Below, piece after piece: positions 1 to 10,672 of a stretch of 64,000 nucleotides of DNA. Each line of letters opens with the position of its first letter. Position 1 is the first letter of the stretch. Source of the DNA: an uncultured Acidimicrobiales bacterium. Lineage in GTDB: Bacteria; Actinomycetota; Acidimicrobiia; Acidimicrobiales; UBA10347. The stretch is from assembly GCA_943788915.1 (NCBI GenBank), contig CALSSD010000006.1:1-64000 (forward strand). Reading direction: 5' to 3'. The position numbers and the translations under genes were made by a program. A model generated the notes under the pieces. The model saw only the letters and a program-made list of their open reading frames with translations. It did no database searches and was not told the DNA's origin.

Positions 1-31
1 ATCAACGGACTGCTGCCAGTAAGTTCGGGGC

Positions 32-1416
32 ATGTCCCCAACTGAACCCAGCGGCCAGCAACAGCGGACCATCGACGCGTCGCTTAGTCAACCATTCCGT
101 TTTGAACAAGGCGCTTCGTTACATGTCGGGATACTCGGCATGGTGGGGCGACCCTCGGGTCCTCACGACGAAGCGCCTTATGTCACCGGCACGAGCCACA
201 CCGGCCGCAGCCAGTGTGACCTTGACCTAAGTCAGCTGCAGGACTCGGAACAGGAGGCTCCCGCCCTTCGTTTGTGGTTTGATCCTGAACGCACCGCTCT
301 CGATATCTCGGCCGCGTTCGAAGGAGCCCCGGCCGGAGCTTTGGACGGATCAGGAATCCCATCTGCAGTCGTCGACGGTCCGGTTTCGGCCGAACGAGGA
401 GGCGATGCTGGCGACGGGGTTGTGACGCTACTCATGCAAATGTGTTCGGGCAAGGTCGCTGTGGACCCCGATGCGATGTTGCGGCTCATTGCTTCGGAAC
501 ACCTTCAAGGTTTCGCCGAGCACGATATCGATGACAAACGGCCGGTTCGGGCGTTCAACGCACGAATGTCCATCGAACACTTCCTCCAGGAAGTTGGCCT
601 CACGACGACCACCTTGGTCAATCAAATCGCGGTGCTTGGGTATGACCTACGCCGGGAACTCGGACCTCAAGCGATCGCCGCTCTCGATGAGTACCTAAGT
701 CTGGCACCGGTGGAACTCGCGTGGTTCATCGACGAGTCCGATCGTGTGCACGCTGCCCAGGTCATCGTGACGTTGACTGACTTCATCACCCAGGTGTTCA
801 CGAGCGAGCCGGTCGTTGCCCAGATCGCGGCAGAGGAGCGCTCACCGATCGATGAGATTCAGGAGTTCGTTGAGAAGTCTGTTGAAGCAGGACGATTGGT
901 CTATGTCCATGCCATCTGGCAGACCTTCGACTTTGATCCAGACATTGCACCTCAGTCGTGGCCCGACGCCATAGATCTGACTGCCGAGGTGGCCGATCAG
1001 TCTCGCCGGCTCCAGATCTCCGTGGAGCAGGAGTATGCGGCCCGAGCCGGCGCTGGCGCCGCTGCACCGGATGACACTGCAGGCAAGGTCACGTTCGACC
1101 CCGACATGATTGAGCAGATGCGGGCCAGCAGCGGAGGCATGTATTTTGCGCTGACCAAGGTAGACGGCGATGCGGTCGCAGCGCTCCATCACGCGACAGA
1201 CGTCTCGTCCAGGCAATACGTCATCCAGACGAACCAAACAGCGCGTTGGCGAGTTATGTGAGCGATGTGGTCGACACCCCTGAGGGTGCGCACTTTTGGG
1301 CCGATATCAGCGATATGGAAGAAGAGACCGAGGTGCTGGAAGAGCTGTTGGATGCGGTGGTTAGTGCTGTCGCTTCGGTCGTGAACTCGGCCCACCTATC
1401 AGGTCGCCATTCGTAG
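32..1416 (+). CDS. Hypothetical acidic protein (~460 aa), apparently frameshifted near 1200
   Basis: 409-aa ORF 32..1261 with TAAGTT 6 nt upstream of the ATG. A protein-like reading continues in another frame (RLVQAIRHPDEPNSALASYVSDVVDTPEGAHFWADISDM...) to TAG 1414-1416; restoring one C (GACGT to GACCGT at ~1200) joins the two. No family recognised. Confidence 0.6.
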
Positions 1417-1433
1417 CAAGCTACGGTGCGGCC

Positions 1434-2096
1434 ATGGCGCAGTTCCGCTATCACGCAATCGACCTTCACGGCAATACACGCGATGGCGTGATTGATGCTG
1501 AGTCACTGCACGACGCGTCCGAGAAGCTGCGATCGGCCGAGATCAACGTATTGTCCATTGAACAACTCACGGTTGACACCCGGCGATACGAGCCTGATGG
1601 TCCTCGGCCACCGGAGACTCCCCGCGATGTGACACTTCGACTTCGCGATATGCCGGGCGGTTTGGTGCTGCTGCTAGTCGGAGGGATCTTCACCGGCGTT
1701 GCGATCCCCATCGTTCTGACGGGCATCACACTTTTTGTTGCAGGTCAGAGCGGAGGTGCATCCATGGCGCTCTTCCCACTGATCCATCTAACGATCGGCG
1801 TCGCGATGTTGTGGTACGTCGTTGGACGGCGCCGCCGATGGCATGACATCTATCGACATGGCACGGTCACAATGGCCGTTGTTGATGGTGTCGGTTACGA
1901 CCGGTCGGTGCGGGTGAACGGACAAAACCCGTATGAACTGGCATGGTCATTCGAGGTCGACGGCCACACGTACAACGACAAGAAGTCATCATTCGACGAC
2001 CGAGTGCTCACCTTTACTCCGGGGGACCGATTGTGGGTCATCTATGACCCAGACGACCCCGAAGAGAGCGTCGAATGGCCGCCGCTGTCACGTTAA
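1434..2096 (+). CDS. Membrane protein: GspF/PilC-like N-terminal domain, two TM helices and a DUF3592-like domain
   Basis: N-terminus MAQFRYHAIDLHGNTRDGVIDAESLHDASEKLR resembles the GspF/PilC N-terminus; two hydrophobic helices; C-terminal GDRLWVIYDPDDPEES is typical of DUF3592. Confidence 0.7.
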   Translation: MAQFRYHAIDLHGNTRDGVIDAESLHDASEKLRSAEINVLSIEQLTVDTRRYEPDGPRPPETPRDVTLRLRDMPGGLVLLLVGGIFTGVAIPIVLTGITLFVAGQSGGASMALFPLIHLTIGVAMLWYVVGRRRRWHDIYRHGTVTMAVVDGVGYDRSVRVNGQNPYELAWSFEVDGHTYNDKKSSFDDRVLTFTPGDRLWVIYDPDDPEESVEWPPLSR

Positions 2097-2500
2097 TGTG
2101 ATGACCCCGGGAGAACCGCGGTGGCCTCGATCTCGATCTTGGCTCGGTCTTCGAGCAGATCAGCGACCACCAGCAGGCTCATCGCTGGGAAGTTATTGCC
2201 GAGCACAGAGCGGTAGGCCTGGCCGACCTGGCGCTGGTTGGCCGCGTATTCGGCCTTGTCGGTCACGAACCACGTCAATCGAGTCAGGTGTTCCGGGCCG
2301 CCACCGGCAGCAACCAGGATGGCCTTGATGTTCTCAAGGGTCTGGGTCATCTGCTCGATGAAGTCATCGGTTTCGAAGACCTGATCGGCATTCCAACCGA
2401 TCTGGCCACCGAGGAACAACATGCGACCAGTGGCGACTACGCCGTTGGCATATCCCTTGGCCGGTGCCCAACCTTCGGGGGTGACGGTTTCATGCAACAT
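2093..2500 (-). CDS. RidA/YjgF family protein, last gene of the aminobenzoate operon
   Basis: PAKGYANG, LGGQIGW, FPAMSL and KIEIEATAV motifs; start overlaps the upstream ligase stop. Confidence 0.9.
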   Translation of the reverse strand: MLHETVTPEGWAPAKGYANGVVATGRMLFLGGQIGWNADQVFETDDFIEQMTQTLENIKAILVAAGGGPEHLTRLTWFVTDKAEYAANQRQVGQAYRSVLGNNFPAMSLLVVADLLEDRAKIEIEATAVLPGSSH

Positions 2501-4131
2501 CAGGATGTTCCTTTGCCTACGTTGCGGAGCACGTAGCGCTGTACTTTGCCGGTTTCGGTCTTTGGTAACGCTGCGGTGAAGACCACCGAACGCGGGTACT
2601 TGTACGGAGCGATGGTCGCCTTGACATGCCCTTGAAGCATGGCTGCGGTTGCATCACTTGGTTCGGTTCCTTCGTGCACAACTACGTGGGCCTGCACGAT
2701 GTGGCCGCGGTCAGGATCGGGGATGCCTATGACGGCACATTCCAGGACCGCTTCGTGGGCCATGAGCACGGCTTCGACCTCGGGGCCAGCAATGTTGTAC
2801 CCCGATGAGATGATCATGTCGTCGTTGCGGGCCGCGAAGTGGAGATACCCCTCGGCGTCCATGCTGAAGCTGTCGCCGGTGATATTCCAGCCGTCCTGCA
2901 CGTAGTCCGACTGCCGGTCATCGGCCAGATACCGACAGCCGGTGGGGCCCCGTACGGCTAGTCGGCCCACGACACCAGGCTCAACGTCGTTCATCGTGTC
3001 GTCGACAACTCGGGCTTCGTAGCCGCGCACCGGTTTGCCGGTGCATGCCGCCTGATGGTCATCGAAGCGGTTCGATACAAAGATGTGGAGCAGCTCGGTT
3101 GCTCCGATGCCGTCGAGCATGGGTTTGCCGGTCTTGGCCAGCCACGCGTCGTACACCGGCTTGGGCAGTGTCTCACCGGCCGACACCGCTGCTCGCAGCG
3201 ATGACAGGTCGGCGCCCTCGTCCATCGCTGCCAAAATGACGTTGTACGCGGTCGGCGCGGTGAAACACACGGTTGCGCCGTAACGCTGAATGATGTCGAT
3301 CAGGTTTGGAGGCGAGGCGTCTTCGAGCAGTGTCGCCGTGGCCCCAAACCGCAGCGGGAAGATGGCCAACCCGCCAAGTCCGAACGTGAAGGCAAGCGGT
3401 GGAGAGCCAACGAACACATCGTCGGGGGTGACGTGGAGGACATCGGCGGCATACCCGTCGGCGATAACCAGCAGATCGCGATGGAAGTGCATGGTGGCCT
3501 TGGGTTCACCGGTGCTCCCTGAAGTGAACGCCAGCAGTGCAACGTCGTCGCGGCCGGTTTTGACACTGTCGAAGCTCACCGGTTTCTCGAGCGCCACCCG
3601 ATCGAGTTCGCTGTCATGGTTGGCTGATCCGTCGAACGCCACGGTGTGTTTGAGATAACTCGACGTGGCGGCACAGGTGGCGAGTTCGTCCATCAGTCGG
3701 CTGTCGCATAACGCGTGGGTGACCTGGGCCTTGTCGACGATTTTGCTCAACTCGCCAGCGCGTAACAGCGGCATGGTGTTGACAGGGACAGCGCCTACCT
3801 TCATGGCTGCTATCCAGCACGCGACGAACGCAGGGTTGTTCCCTGAACGGATCAGAATGCGGTTGCCAGGGACCACGCCATAGGTATCAACCAGTGCATG
3901 GGCCAACCGATTCGTCCAGTCGGTGAGTTCCTTGTAGGTGCGTCGCCGGCCATTGCCGATAAGTGCAGTGTGATCACCGAACCCGTCGCGGACCATGGCA
4001 TCGGTCAGCTCGTAACCGACATTGACGTACCGGGGATAGTCGAAGCCGTCGAGCAAGAAGTCGGGCTGGAGGGCGCCTGACGGCAGATTGTCTCGGGTGA
4101 AGGTGTCAGCGTGTGCGCTTGGCCCCAACAT
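2500..4131 (-). CDS. abmG: 2-aminobenzoate/benzoate-CoA ligase (AMP-binding enzyme)
   Basis: AMP-binding motif FTSGSTGEPK, DGIGATELLHIF, A10 lysine LPKTETGK; N-terminal SAHADTFTRDNLP is characteristic of 2-aminobenzoate-CoA ligases. Confidence 0.88.
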   Translation of the reverse strand: MLGPSAHADTFTRDNLPSGALQPDFLLDGFDYPRYVNVGYELTDAMVRDGFGDHTALIGNGRRRTYKELTDWTNRLAHALVDTYGVVPGNRILIRSGNNPAFVACWIAAMKVGAVPVNTMPLLRAGELSKIVDKAQVTHALCDSRLMDELATCAATSSYLKHTVAFDGSANHDSELDRVALEKPVSFDSVKTGRDDVALLAFTSGSTGEPKATMHFHRDLLVIADGYAADVLHVTPDDVFVGSPPLAFTFGLGGLAIFPLRFGATATLLEDASPPNLIDIIQRYGATVCFTAPTAYNVILAAMDEGADLSSLRAAVSAGETLPKPVYDAWLAKTGKPMLDGIGATELLHIFVSNRFDDHQAACTGKPVRGYEARVVDDTMNDVEPGVVGRLAVRGPTGCRYLADDRQSDYVQDGWNITGDSFSMDAEGYLHFAARNDDMIISSGYNIAGPEVEAVLMAHEAVLECAVIGIPDPDRGHIVQAHVVVHEGTEPSDATAAMLQGHVKATIAPYKYPRSVVFTAALPKTETGKVQRYVLRNVGKGTS

Positions 4132-4144
4132 GATTGTGCTCCTA

Positions 4145-4948
4145 TCAGTTTCCTAAGAAGATGGGTGAGTCCTTGGCGACGAATGCGTTGTAGGCCCGTT
4201 CGAAGTCGAGGGTTTGCATACAAATGGCCTGGGCTTGGGCTTCGGCCTCGATGGCTTGTTCGATCGACATCGACCATTCCTGCGCGAGCATCGTCTTGGT
4301 CATCATGTGGCCGAAGGTCGGTCCGTCGGCTAGGCGTTGTGCCCGCTTCATAGCCTCGGTCGTGAGGTCGTCGGGGTTCACCACTGCGTTATAGAAACCC
4401 CAGGCATGGCCTTCTTCGGCGCTAAAGGAACGACCAGAGAACAACAACTCGGTTGCCCGGCCCTGACCGATCAGTCGGGGAAGAATCGCGCACGCACCCA
4501 TGTCACAGCCGGCAAGGCCGACCCGGGTGAACAAGAAGGCACATTTCGCCCGTTCGGTGGCGATACGCATGTCGCTGGACATCGCAATGATTGCCCCAGC
4601 ACCCACGGCGACACCGTCGATGGCAGAGATGATCGGAGTGCCGCAGTTGATCATGGCTTTCACCATGTCGCCGGTCATACGGGTGAACTCGAGTAGGCCC
4701 TTCATGTCCTTTTGGATCAGTGGCCCAATGATGTCGTGTACGTCGCCGCCGGAGCAGAAATTACCTCCGTTGGAGTCGAAGACGATCACCTTTACTGCAT
4801 CGTCGCCGCGCACATGAAGGAAGAAGTCTCGCAGGTCGGCGTAGCTGTCGAAGGTGAGTGGATTCTTTCGTTCTGGTCGGCTGAGCGTGATCCGGGCTAC
4901 CGCGCCATGCATCTCAAGCGCGAAGTGTTGTGGTTCATAGGTCGTCAT
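4145..4948 (-). CDS. Enoyl-CoA hydratase/isomerase family protein
   Basis: Crotonase motifs [34 protein letters not shown]; operon context. Confidence 0.92.
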   Translation of the reverse strand: MTTYEPQHFALEMHGAVARITLSRPERKNPLTFDSYADLRDFFLHVRGDDAVKVIVFDSNGGNFCSGGDVHDIIGPLIQKDMKGLLEFTRMTGDMVKAMINCGTPIISAIDGVAVGAGAIIAMSSDMRIATERAKCAFLFTRVGLAGCDMGACAILPRLIGQGRATELLFSGRSFSAEEGHAWGFYNAVVNPDDLTTEAMKRAQRLADGPTFGHMMTKTMLAQEWSMSIEQAIEAEAQAQAICMQTLDFERAYNAFVAKDSPIFLGN

Positions 4949-5400
4949 GACAGGTCTTCCTTAGTGATTACAAGGTCAAGCAGATCCATCAACTGCTCGA
5001 CGTCGGATGCGGGCAGGTCGGCGAGCAACTCGTCGACCCATCCTTCGTGGATGCGTGCATGGTCAGCGAACGTGGCTGCACCATGTGAAGTCAGACAGAT
5101 GAGCTGGGCTCGTCGGTCACCAACAACAGCGCGGCGTTCGACGAGTCCGTTATCAACAAGTCGGTCGACGATGCCGGTGACGTTTCCGTTCGACACCCGC
5201 AACTCAGTCGAGAGTTCGTTCATTTTGAGGCCAGCGTCTGATCGAGCGAGCGCAGCCATGACATCGAACCGGGGCAACGTGGTGTCGAGTTCGGTGCGGA
5301 AGCGCTCACGCAATTCTTTCTCGATGAGTCGAGCGGTCTTCAAAATCTTGAGCCACGCCCGGAGTCGTTCCTTGGATGTGGTCGTGAGTCCCGCACTCAT
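4945..5400 (-). CDS. MarR family transcriptional regulator
   Basis: SKERLRAWL...[11 protein letters not shown]...[13 protein letters not shown]...DRR winged-helix pattern. Start moved to ATG 5400, which overlaps the SDR stop. Confidence 0.9.
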   Translation of the reverse strand: MSAGLTTTSKERLRAWLKILKTARLIEKELRERFRTELDTTLPRFDVMAALARSDAGLKMNELSTELRVSNGNVTGIVDRLVDNGLVERRAVVGDRRAQLICLTSHGAATFADHARIHEGWVDELLADLPASDVEQLMDLLDLVITKEDLS

Positions 5401-6155
5401 ACTTCGCCGCCGTCGAGGGCGATGGCCTGACCATTGACGCTGGCGGCTGCGTCGCTGCAAAGCCACAGGATCGTGCCCGCGACTTCTTCCGGTGTGATCA
5501 ACCGGCCTTGTGGATTGGCGGACGTGAGGGCAGCCATGGCATCTTCGGAGCTCATGCCGGTCTGGGCGACGATGTTGTCGATCGTGCGGCTGGTCATTGG
5601 TGTGTCGACATAGGACGGACAAACGGCGTTCACGGTGGTGCCAGTGGATCCAGCTTCTTGAGCAAGTGCTCGGACCATGCCGATGACCGCATGTTTGGAC
5701 GCGCAGTAGTGCGACACATAGGGGTAGCCGGTTAGTCCTGCGGTCGATGCCACGGCAATGAGTCGGCCCCAGCCACGTTTGCGAACGTCGTCGTACGCAA
5801 TCTGGAAGCTGTTGAACACGCCCATCAGATTCACTGACATGAGTTCATTGACATCATCGGCAGCGAGTCGGTGGAACGGTTTGCTGGTCGAGATGCCGGC
5901 GCTGGCCACCATTACATCGATCGGTCCCGACGCCAGGCGGGCGTCGTCGAGCGCAGAAGCAAGCGCTGCTCGGTTGGTCACGTCGGCGACATGGCCGGAG
6001 ATCGCGGGATGTTGCTCGGCGACGTCGGCGAGGGCTTCGGCTCGACGTCCGATGATTGTGACAGTCGCGCCGTTCTCTGCCAGCGCACGGGCGGTGGCTG
6101 CACCAACGCCAGATCCGCCTCCGGTAACAACCGCGTGTCGATTGGAAATGTTCAT
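5397..6155 (-). CDS. SDR family oxidoreductase (3-hydroxyacyl-CoA dehydrogenase-like)
   Basis: TGGGSGVG Rossmann motif, catalytic [15 protein letters not shown]. Start moved to ATG 6155, overlapping the upstream stop. Confidence 0.92.
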   Translation of the reverse strand: MNISNRHAVVTGGGSGVGAATARALAENGATVTIIGRRAEALADVAEQHPAISGHVADVTNRAALASALDDARLASGPIDVMVASAGISTSKPFHRLAADDVNELMSVNLMGVFNSFQIAYDDVRKRGWGRLIAVASTAGLTGYPYVSHYCASKHAVIGMVRALAQEAGSTGTTVNAVCPSYVDTPMTSRTIDNIVAQTGMSSEDAMAALTSANPQGRLITPEEVAGTILWLCSDAAASVNGQAIALDGGEV

Positions 6156-8464
6156 GATGAATTCCCTGCCTGTCGATCGGCAAGTCGCCATAGTTGGTCT
6201 CTGCCAGCCTGGTAGGGGAGCGGCCATGGTGCGTGGCGATCACCGATTCCGGTGGCGGCGTGGAGCAGCCAATAAGGATTTGCTAGGTGTGGTCTCGCTA
6301 GGCACACGAGGTCAGCTCGTCCGGCCATCAGGATGGAGTTGGCATGGTCTGCCTCGTAGATGTTGCCAACAGCCATAGTGCTGATGCCGGCTTCGTTGCG
6401 GATCCGGTCGCTGAACGGTGTCTGGAACATGCGGCCATACACCGGTTCGGCCTCGATCGATGTCTGGCCTGCGGACACGTCGATGATGTCGGCGCCAGCG
6501 AGCGAGAACAGCCGGCCGATTTCTACGGCGTCGTCGGGAGTGATGCCAGCCTCGCCTACCCAGTCGTTTGCGGAAATGCGTACCGACATCGGCTTGTGGG
6601 CAGGCCAAACAGTTCGCATGGCTTCGAAGACTTCGAGCGGGTAGCGCATGCGATTCTCGAGCTTGCCGCCGTAGTCATCGGTCCGTACGTTTGACGTCGG
6701 CGAGATGAACGACGAGATCAGATACCCATGGGCCGCATGGAGTTCGATCATGTCGAAGCCACTGCGTTCCGCCATTTCTGCGGCGGCAACAAACTGGTCG
6801 CGGATCTCGGTCATCTGGTCGCGGGTGATCTCGGCCGGTATCGCATTGTTGGGTGACCACGGGATGGCAGACGCGGAGACGAGTGGCCAATTGTCGGCCT
6901 TGGTCACCAACGGTGCGTCCATGTCTTCCCAGCCGACCTGGGTTGAACCCTTTCGACCTGAATGGCCGATCTGGCAACAGATCTTGGCCTCAGTCTCGGC
7001 ATGCACGAAGTCGGTCAGTCGCCGCCACGCGGTTTCGTGTTCGGGGGCGTATAGCCCAGGGCAGCCGGGCGTGATGCGGCCGGTGGGGGACACACAGGTC
7101 ATCTCGACATAGACCAACCCGGCACCGCCCTTGGCTCGTTCGGCATAGTGGGCAAAGTGCCAATCGGTCGGGCAGCCGTCGACGGCTTTGTACTGGGCCA
7201 TAGGCGACACTACGACCCGGTTGGACAGCTCTATGTCGCGGAGGCGGAAGGGCGCAAACATGGGGGCCCGAACAGGTGCGTCGGCCGGGGCGCCAGCCTG
7301 GGTCTGGAACCAACGTTCGGCTTCGTTGAGCCATACTGGGTCGCGTTCGCGCAGGTTCTCGTGGCTGATGCGCTGTGACCTGGTCAGCATCGAATAGTTG
7401 AGTTGCACCGGGTCGAGTCCGAGATAACGCTCGACGTTCTCGAACCACTCCATGGAGTTGCGAGCAGCCGACTGCAGACGAAGTACCTCGATGCGCCGTT
7501 CTTGTTCGTAGGCCTCGAACGCCTGGGTGTGGTCGGGTTCCTCGACCAGGACCCGGGCCAGGGCGGCTGCACTTTCGAGCGCCAGTTTCGTGCCAGAACC
7601 GATCGAGAAGTGAGCCGTTGCCGAGGCATCACCAAGGAGCACGACGTTCTCGTGGTGCCAGGTCTCGCACAACACATGGGGGAAACGAATCCAGGCAGAC
7701 CCACGAATGTGGTGAGCATTGGTCATCAGCGCGTTGCCGTCGAGATAGTCGGCAAACACCTCTTCGCACAACGCAATACTTTCGTGCTGGCTCAGGTCAG
7801 CGAAACCAAAGTTGTCGTAGGTCTGTTGTGAACACTCGACGATGAACGTGGCCAGGTCGTCGTCGAATTGATACGCGTGGGCCCACATCCACCCGTGTTT
7901 GGTCTCTTCGAAGATGAATGTAAACGCGTCGTCGAACTTCTGGTGGGTGCCCAGCCAAACGAACTGGCACAGCCGCAAGTCGGTGTTGGGTGTGAACGTT
8001 GACTCGAAGTGGGCTCGAGTACGTGAGTTGAGACCGTCGCCGGCAACCACGACGTCGTAATCGGCCATGACCTGATCGATCGATTCGATGTTGGTCTCGA
8101 AGTGGAGGTCGACGCCGAGCTCGCGAGCTCTGGCTTGCAGGATCAGCAGCAGACGTTTCCGGCCAATACCGCAGAAGCCGTGCCCGGTTGAGAGAAGACG
8201 TTGGCCCTGGTGATGGAGTGCAATGTCGTCCCAGTAGGCGAAATGGTTGCGGATCTCGGCCGCGCTGATCGGATCGTTTGCGTCGAGATTGGTAAGTGTT
8301 TCGTCGGACAAGACCACGCCCCACCCGAAGGTGTCGTCGGGTTTGTTGCGTTCGAAGACCGAGACGTGGACATGAGGCGCCCGCATCTTCAATGACAACG
8401 CAAAGTACAAACCAGCGGGCCCGCCCCCAAGGACGGCGACCTTCGACAGTGATGTCTCGCTCAT
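6152..8464 (-). CDS. abmA: Bifunctional 2-aminobenzoyl-CoA monooxygenase/reductase (salicylyl-CoA 5-hydroxylase family)
   Basis: N-terminal flavin monooxygenase ([33 protein letters not shown]) fused to an Old Yellow Enzyme domain ([20 protein letters not shown]); ~770 aa. Confidence 0.92.
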   Translation of the reverse strand: MSETSLSKVAVLGGGPAGLYFALSLKMRAPHVHVSVFERNKPDDTFGWGVVLSDETLTNLDANDPISAAEIRNHFAYWDDIALHHQGQRLLSTGHGFCGIGRKRLLLILQARARELGVDLHFETNIESIDQVMADYDVVVAGDGLNSRTRAHFESTFTPNTDLRLCQFVWLGTHQKFDDAFTFIFEETKHGWMWAHAYQFDDDLATFIVECSQQTYDNFGFADLSQHESIALCEEVFADYLDGNALMTNAHHIRGSAWIRFPHVLCETWHHENVVLLGDASATAHFSIGSGTKLALESAAALARVLVEEPDHTQAFEAYEQERRIEVLRLQSAARNSMEWFENVERYLGLDPVQLNYSMLTRSQRISHENLRERDPVWLNEAERWFQTQAGAPADAPVRAPMFAPFRLRDIELSNRVVVSPMAQYKAVDGCPTDWHFAHYAERAKGGAGLVYVEMTCVSPTGRITPGCPGLYAPEHETAWRRLTDFVHAETEAKICCQIGHSGRKGSTQVGWEDMDAPLVTKADNWPLVSASAIPWSPNNAIPAEITRDQMTEIRDQFVAAAEMAERSGFDMIELHAAHGYLISSFISPTSNVRTDDYGGKLENRMRYPLEVFEAMRTVWPAHKPMSVRISANDWVGEAGITPDDAVEIGRLFSLAGADIIDVSAGQTSIEAEPVYGRMFQTPFSDRIRNEAGISTMAVGNIYEADHANSILMAGRADLVCLARPHLANPYWLLHAATGIGDRHAPWPLPYQAGRDQLWRLADRQAGNSS

Positions 8465-8489
8465 GTAGCGGTTCCAACTCTCCAAGAAA

Positions 8490-8518
8490 CTTTAAGCATG
8501 AACATAACATGCATAAAG
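8490..8518. promoter_or_regulatory. AT-rich inverted repeat, candidate MarR operator of the abm operon
   Basis: CTTTAAGCATG-N7-CATGCATAAAG (10/11 complementary), 26-54 nt upstream of the abmA start. Confidence 0.55.
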
Positions 8519-8746
8519 AAGTCGTGCTCGATGGAGTAAACCGAGCCAAGGGAACGTCGCCTGTGGCGCGGACTAACCGCGATGGGTGCCGGGGTTGAGG
8601 GCGATAAAGAGCGTGCTCAACATGGGGTGAAAAGGCGGACAACGGCCGGTGTAGTCGTGCGGGCAGCTCTCACTAGCTACGACGGACCGTCTCCTTGTCT
8701 CGAGTCCAGCCTGACATATGTGTGGCTCGGCAAGTAGCTTCGGGCG

Positions 8747-9430
8747 ATGGCCTTTGATGTTGGAACCGCGCCCGTGCGCTACGAGCGGCTCCGAGCCCAG
8801 ATAACGCCCCAGCTCTACGAACTCACAGGACAACAAGCAGTAGTCCCGGTCGCTGCATGCCCCGGATGGTCTGTTACCGACGTGATGGCGCATGTCAGTG
8901 GCCTCGTAGCCGAGACCCTTGCCGGAGTGCCGCTCCCTCGTGGCTCCGACGAAGCTACCGCTCGGCAGGTTCAGGATCGTCGTGGACTCTCGCTGGTCGA
9001 GATCTGCGACGAATGGTATAGCAACGCCGATGCCTTCTCTGCCTACGGACAGGAAGATCCGGCGTATGTCGCTGCACTCACATCGGACTTGGTCATCCAT
9101 GGTGGTGATATCGCCGAGGCGCTAACGATCGACCTGGCGCTCGACGAAGACACGGTGGCCAAGGTGGCCGAGCGTTACGGCGAGACGCTGCAAGAACGAG
9201 CGCATGACCTTGCTGGCATTGCGCTGACGCTGGCGTTTGAACACGGAGTCACGATTGACCCGCCTGGCGGTGGCCAAATACCGCTTTCGTTACGGGCATC
9301 AGCGCACGATTTCTTGCGAGCGGTGACCGGCCGCCGGCTCCGTAAACAAGTGCGTGCGTTGGACTGGAGTGACAACCCAAATTTCCTGCTGGACCATGGC
9401 TGGAGTCAGTACGGCCCGCTTCAGGACTGA
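8747..9430 (+). CDS. Mycothiol-dependent maleylpyruvate isomerase family (DinB/MDMPI) protein
   Basis: VAACPGWSVTDVMAHV and DLVIHGGDI metal-binding motifs; C-terminal RAVTGRR. Confidence 0.85.
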   Translation: MAFDVGTAPVRYERLRAQITPQLYELTGQQAVVPVAACPGWSVTDVMAHVSGLVAETLAGVPLPRGSDEATARQVQDRRGLSLVEICDEWYSNADAFSAYGQEDPAYVAALTSDLVIHGGDIAEALTIDLALDEDTVAKVAERYGETLQERAHDLAGIALTLAFEHGVTIDPPGGGQIPLSLRASAHDFLRAVTGRRLRKQVRALDWSDNPNFLLDHGWSQYGPLQD

Positions 9431-9442
9431 CTGTCACCCCAA

Positions 9443-10633
9443 CTATCCAACCAATGCCATGGCCGCGTACAACGCAACGCCATTGGTCAGCCCACTTTCG
9501 TTCACCCGCATCAAGTTCGAGTGATTCGGTGCTGCCGTGGTGGGGTCCTGGTCATCGGGGCAGACCCCAAGGAACGCCATGGCACCAGGCACGTGCTGCA
9601 GCACATAACTAAAGTCTTCAGCCCCCATGCGAGCCCGTGGCATTTCGACAAAGTTGTCAGCGCCCAGAAGAGCGCTTGTGACCTGGCCGGCAAGTGTTGC
9701 CTGCTCAGGGTCGTTGATGGTCACGGGGTAGCCAGGAATGACCTCGTGGGTACACGTGCAGCCATGCGACAGGGCAGTGCCTTGAGCGACCCGGCCCACA
9801 CCCTCGGCAAGGGCAGCACGACTGGTCTCGTCAAGAGTCCGGATTGTGCCTTCCATGAATGCATGCGGCGGGATGATGTTGTTTGTCGTACCAGCCTCTA
9901 TGTGGGCCACGGTGACGAGGCCTGATCGCATCGGATCGACATTACGGCCGACCATGGTGTGCAGCGCGGTCACGGTTGCCGCCGCTGCAGGGATGGGATC
10001 GACACAGTTCTGGGGCGCGGACGCATGGCCGCCGCGGCCGTGCACCGTGATCTCGAAACGATCGGCGCTCGCCATGATCGACCCGCCACGGGTGGTGATG
10101 AGGCCGTTACGAATGTTGGTGCTGACATGGATGGCGAACGCACGGTCGACACCGTCGAGCACACCTTCTTCGATCATGTACTTGGCGCCGTGGAAACCCT
10201 CTTCGCCCGGCTGGAACATGAACCGAACCTTGCCGGTCAGTTCGTCCTTATTCTCGCACAACAACTGGGCAGCGCTGGCCAGCATGGCCACATGGGCATC
10301 GTGGCCGCAGGCATGCATTTTGCCGTCGTGTCGTGACTGGAAGTCGCTGACATGATCTTCCTGTAACGGGAGTGCGTCCATGTCGCCGCGTAGTAGCACG
10401 GTGGGGCCGGGCCTGCCGGTGTCAAGATCGGCCACGACCGATGTGGTCGATTCACCAAGGGTGATATCGAGGCCAAGGCCCGTTAACGATTCAAGGATCT
10501 TCTTCTGGGTTTCGGGCAGCTGCAGTCCGAGTTCGGGGTCGGCGTGGATCGAACGGCGAAGTTCGATGGTGGCGTCTTGGTGCGATCGAGCTGCTTCGAG
10601 CAGGTCGTCGCCGATGGGGGCGAGGTTGGTCAT
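9443..10633 (-). CDS. M20D amidohydrolase (hippurate hydrolase-like), paralog 1
   Basis: IHADPELG, LRGDMDALP, MHACGHDAH, FQPGEEG, GAEDF, NHS motifs. Confidence 0.93.
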   Translation of the reverse strand: MTNLAPIGDDLLEAARSHQDATIELRRSIHADPELGLQLPETQKKILESLTGLGLDITLGESTTSVVADLDTGRPGPTVLLRGDMDALPLQEDHVSDFQSRHDGKMHACGHDAHVAMLASAAQLLCENKDELTGKVRFMFQPGEEGFHGAKYMIEEGVLDGVDRAFAIHVSTNIRNGLITTRGGSIMASADRFEITVHGRGGHASAPQNCVDPIPAAAATVTALHTMVGRNVDPMRSGLVTVAHIEAGTTNNIIPPHAFMEGTIRTLDETSRAALAEGVGRVAQGTALSHGCTCTHEVIPGYPVTINDPEQATLAGQVTSALLGADNFVEMPRARMGAEDFSYVLQHVPGAMAFLGVCPDDQDPTTAAPNHSNLMRVNESGLTNGVALYAAMALVG

Positions 10634-10672
10634 TGTTGTCTCCGTGGATTTCGTGTGCTCAGCCGCATGGGT

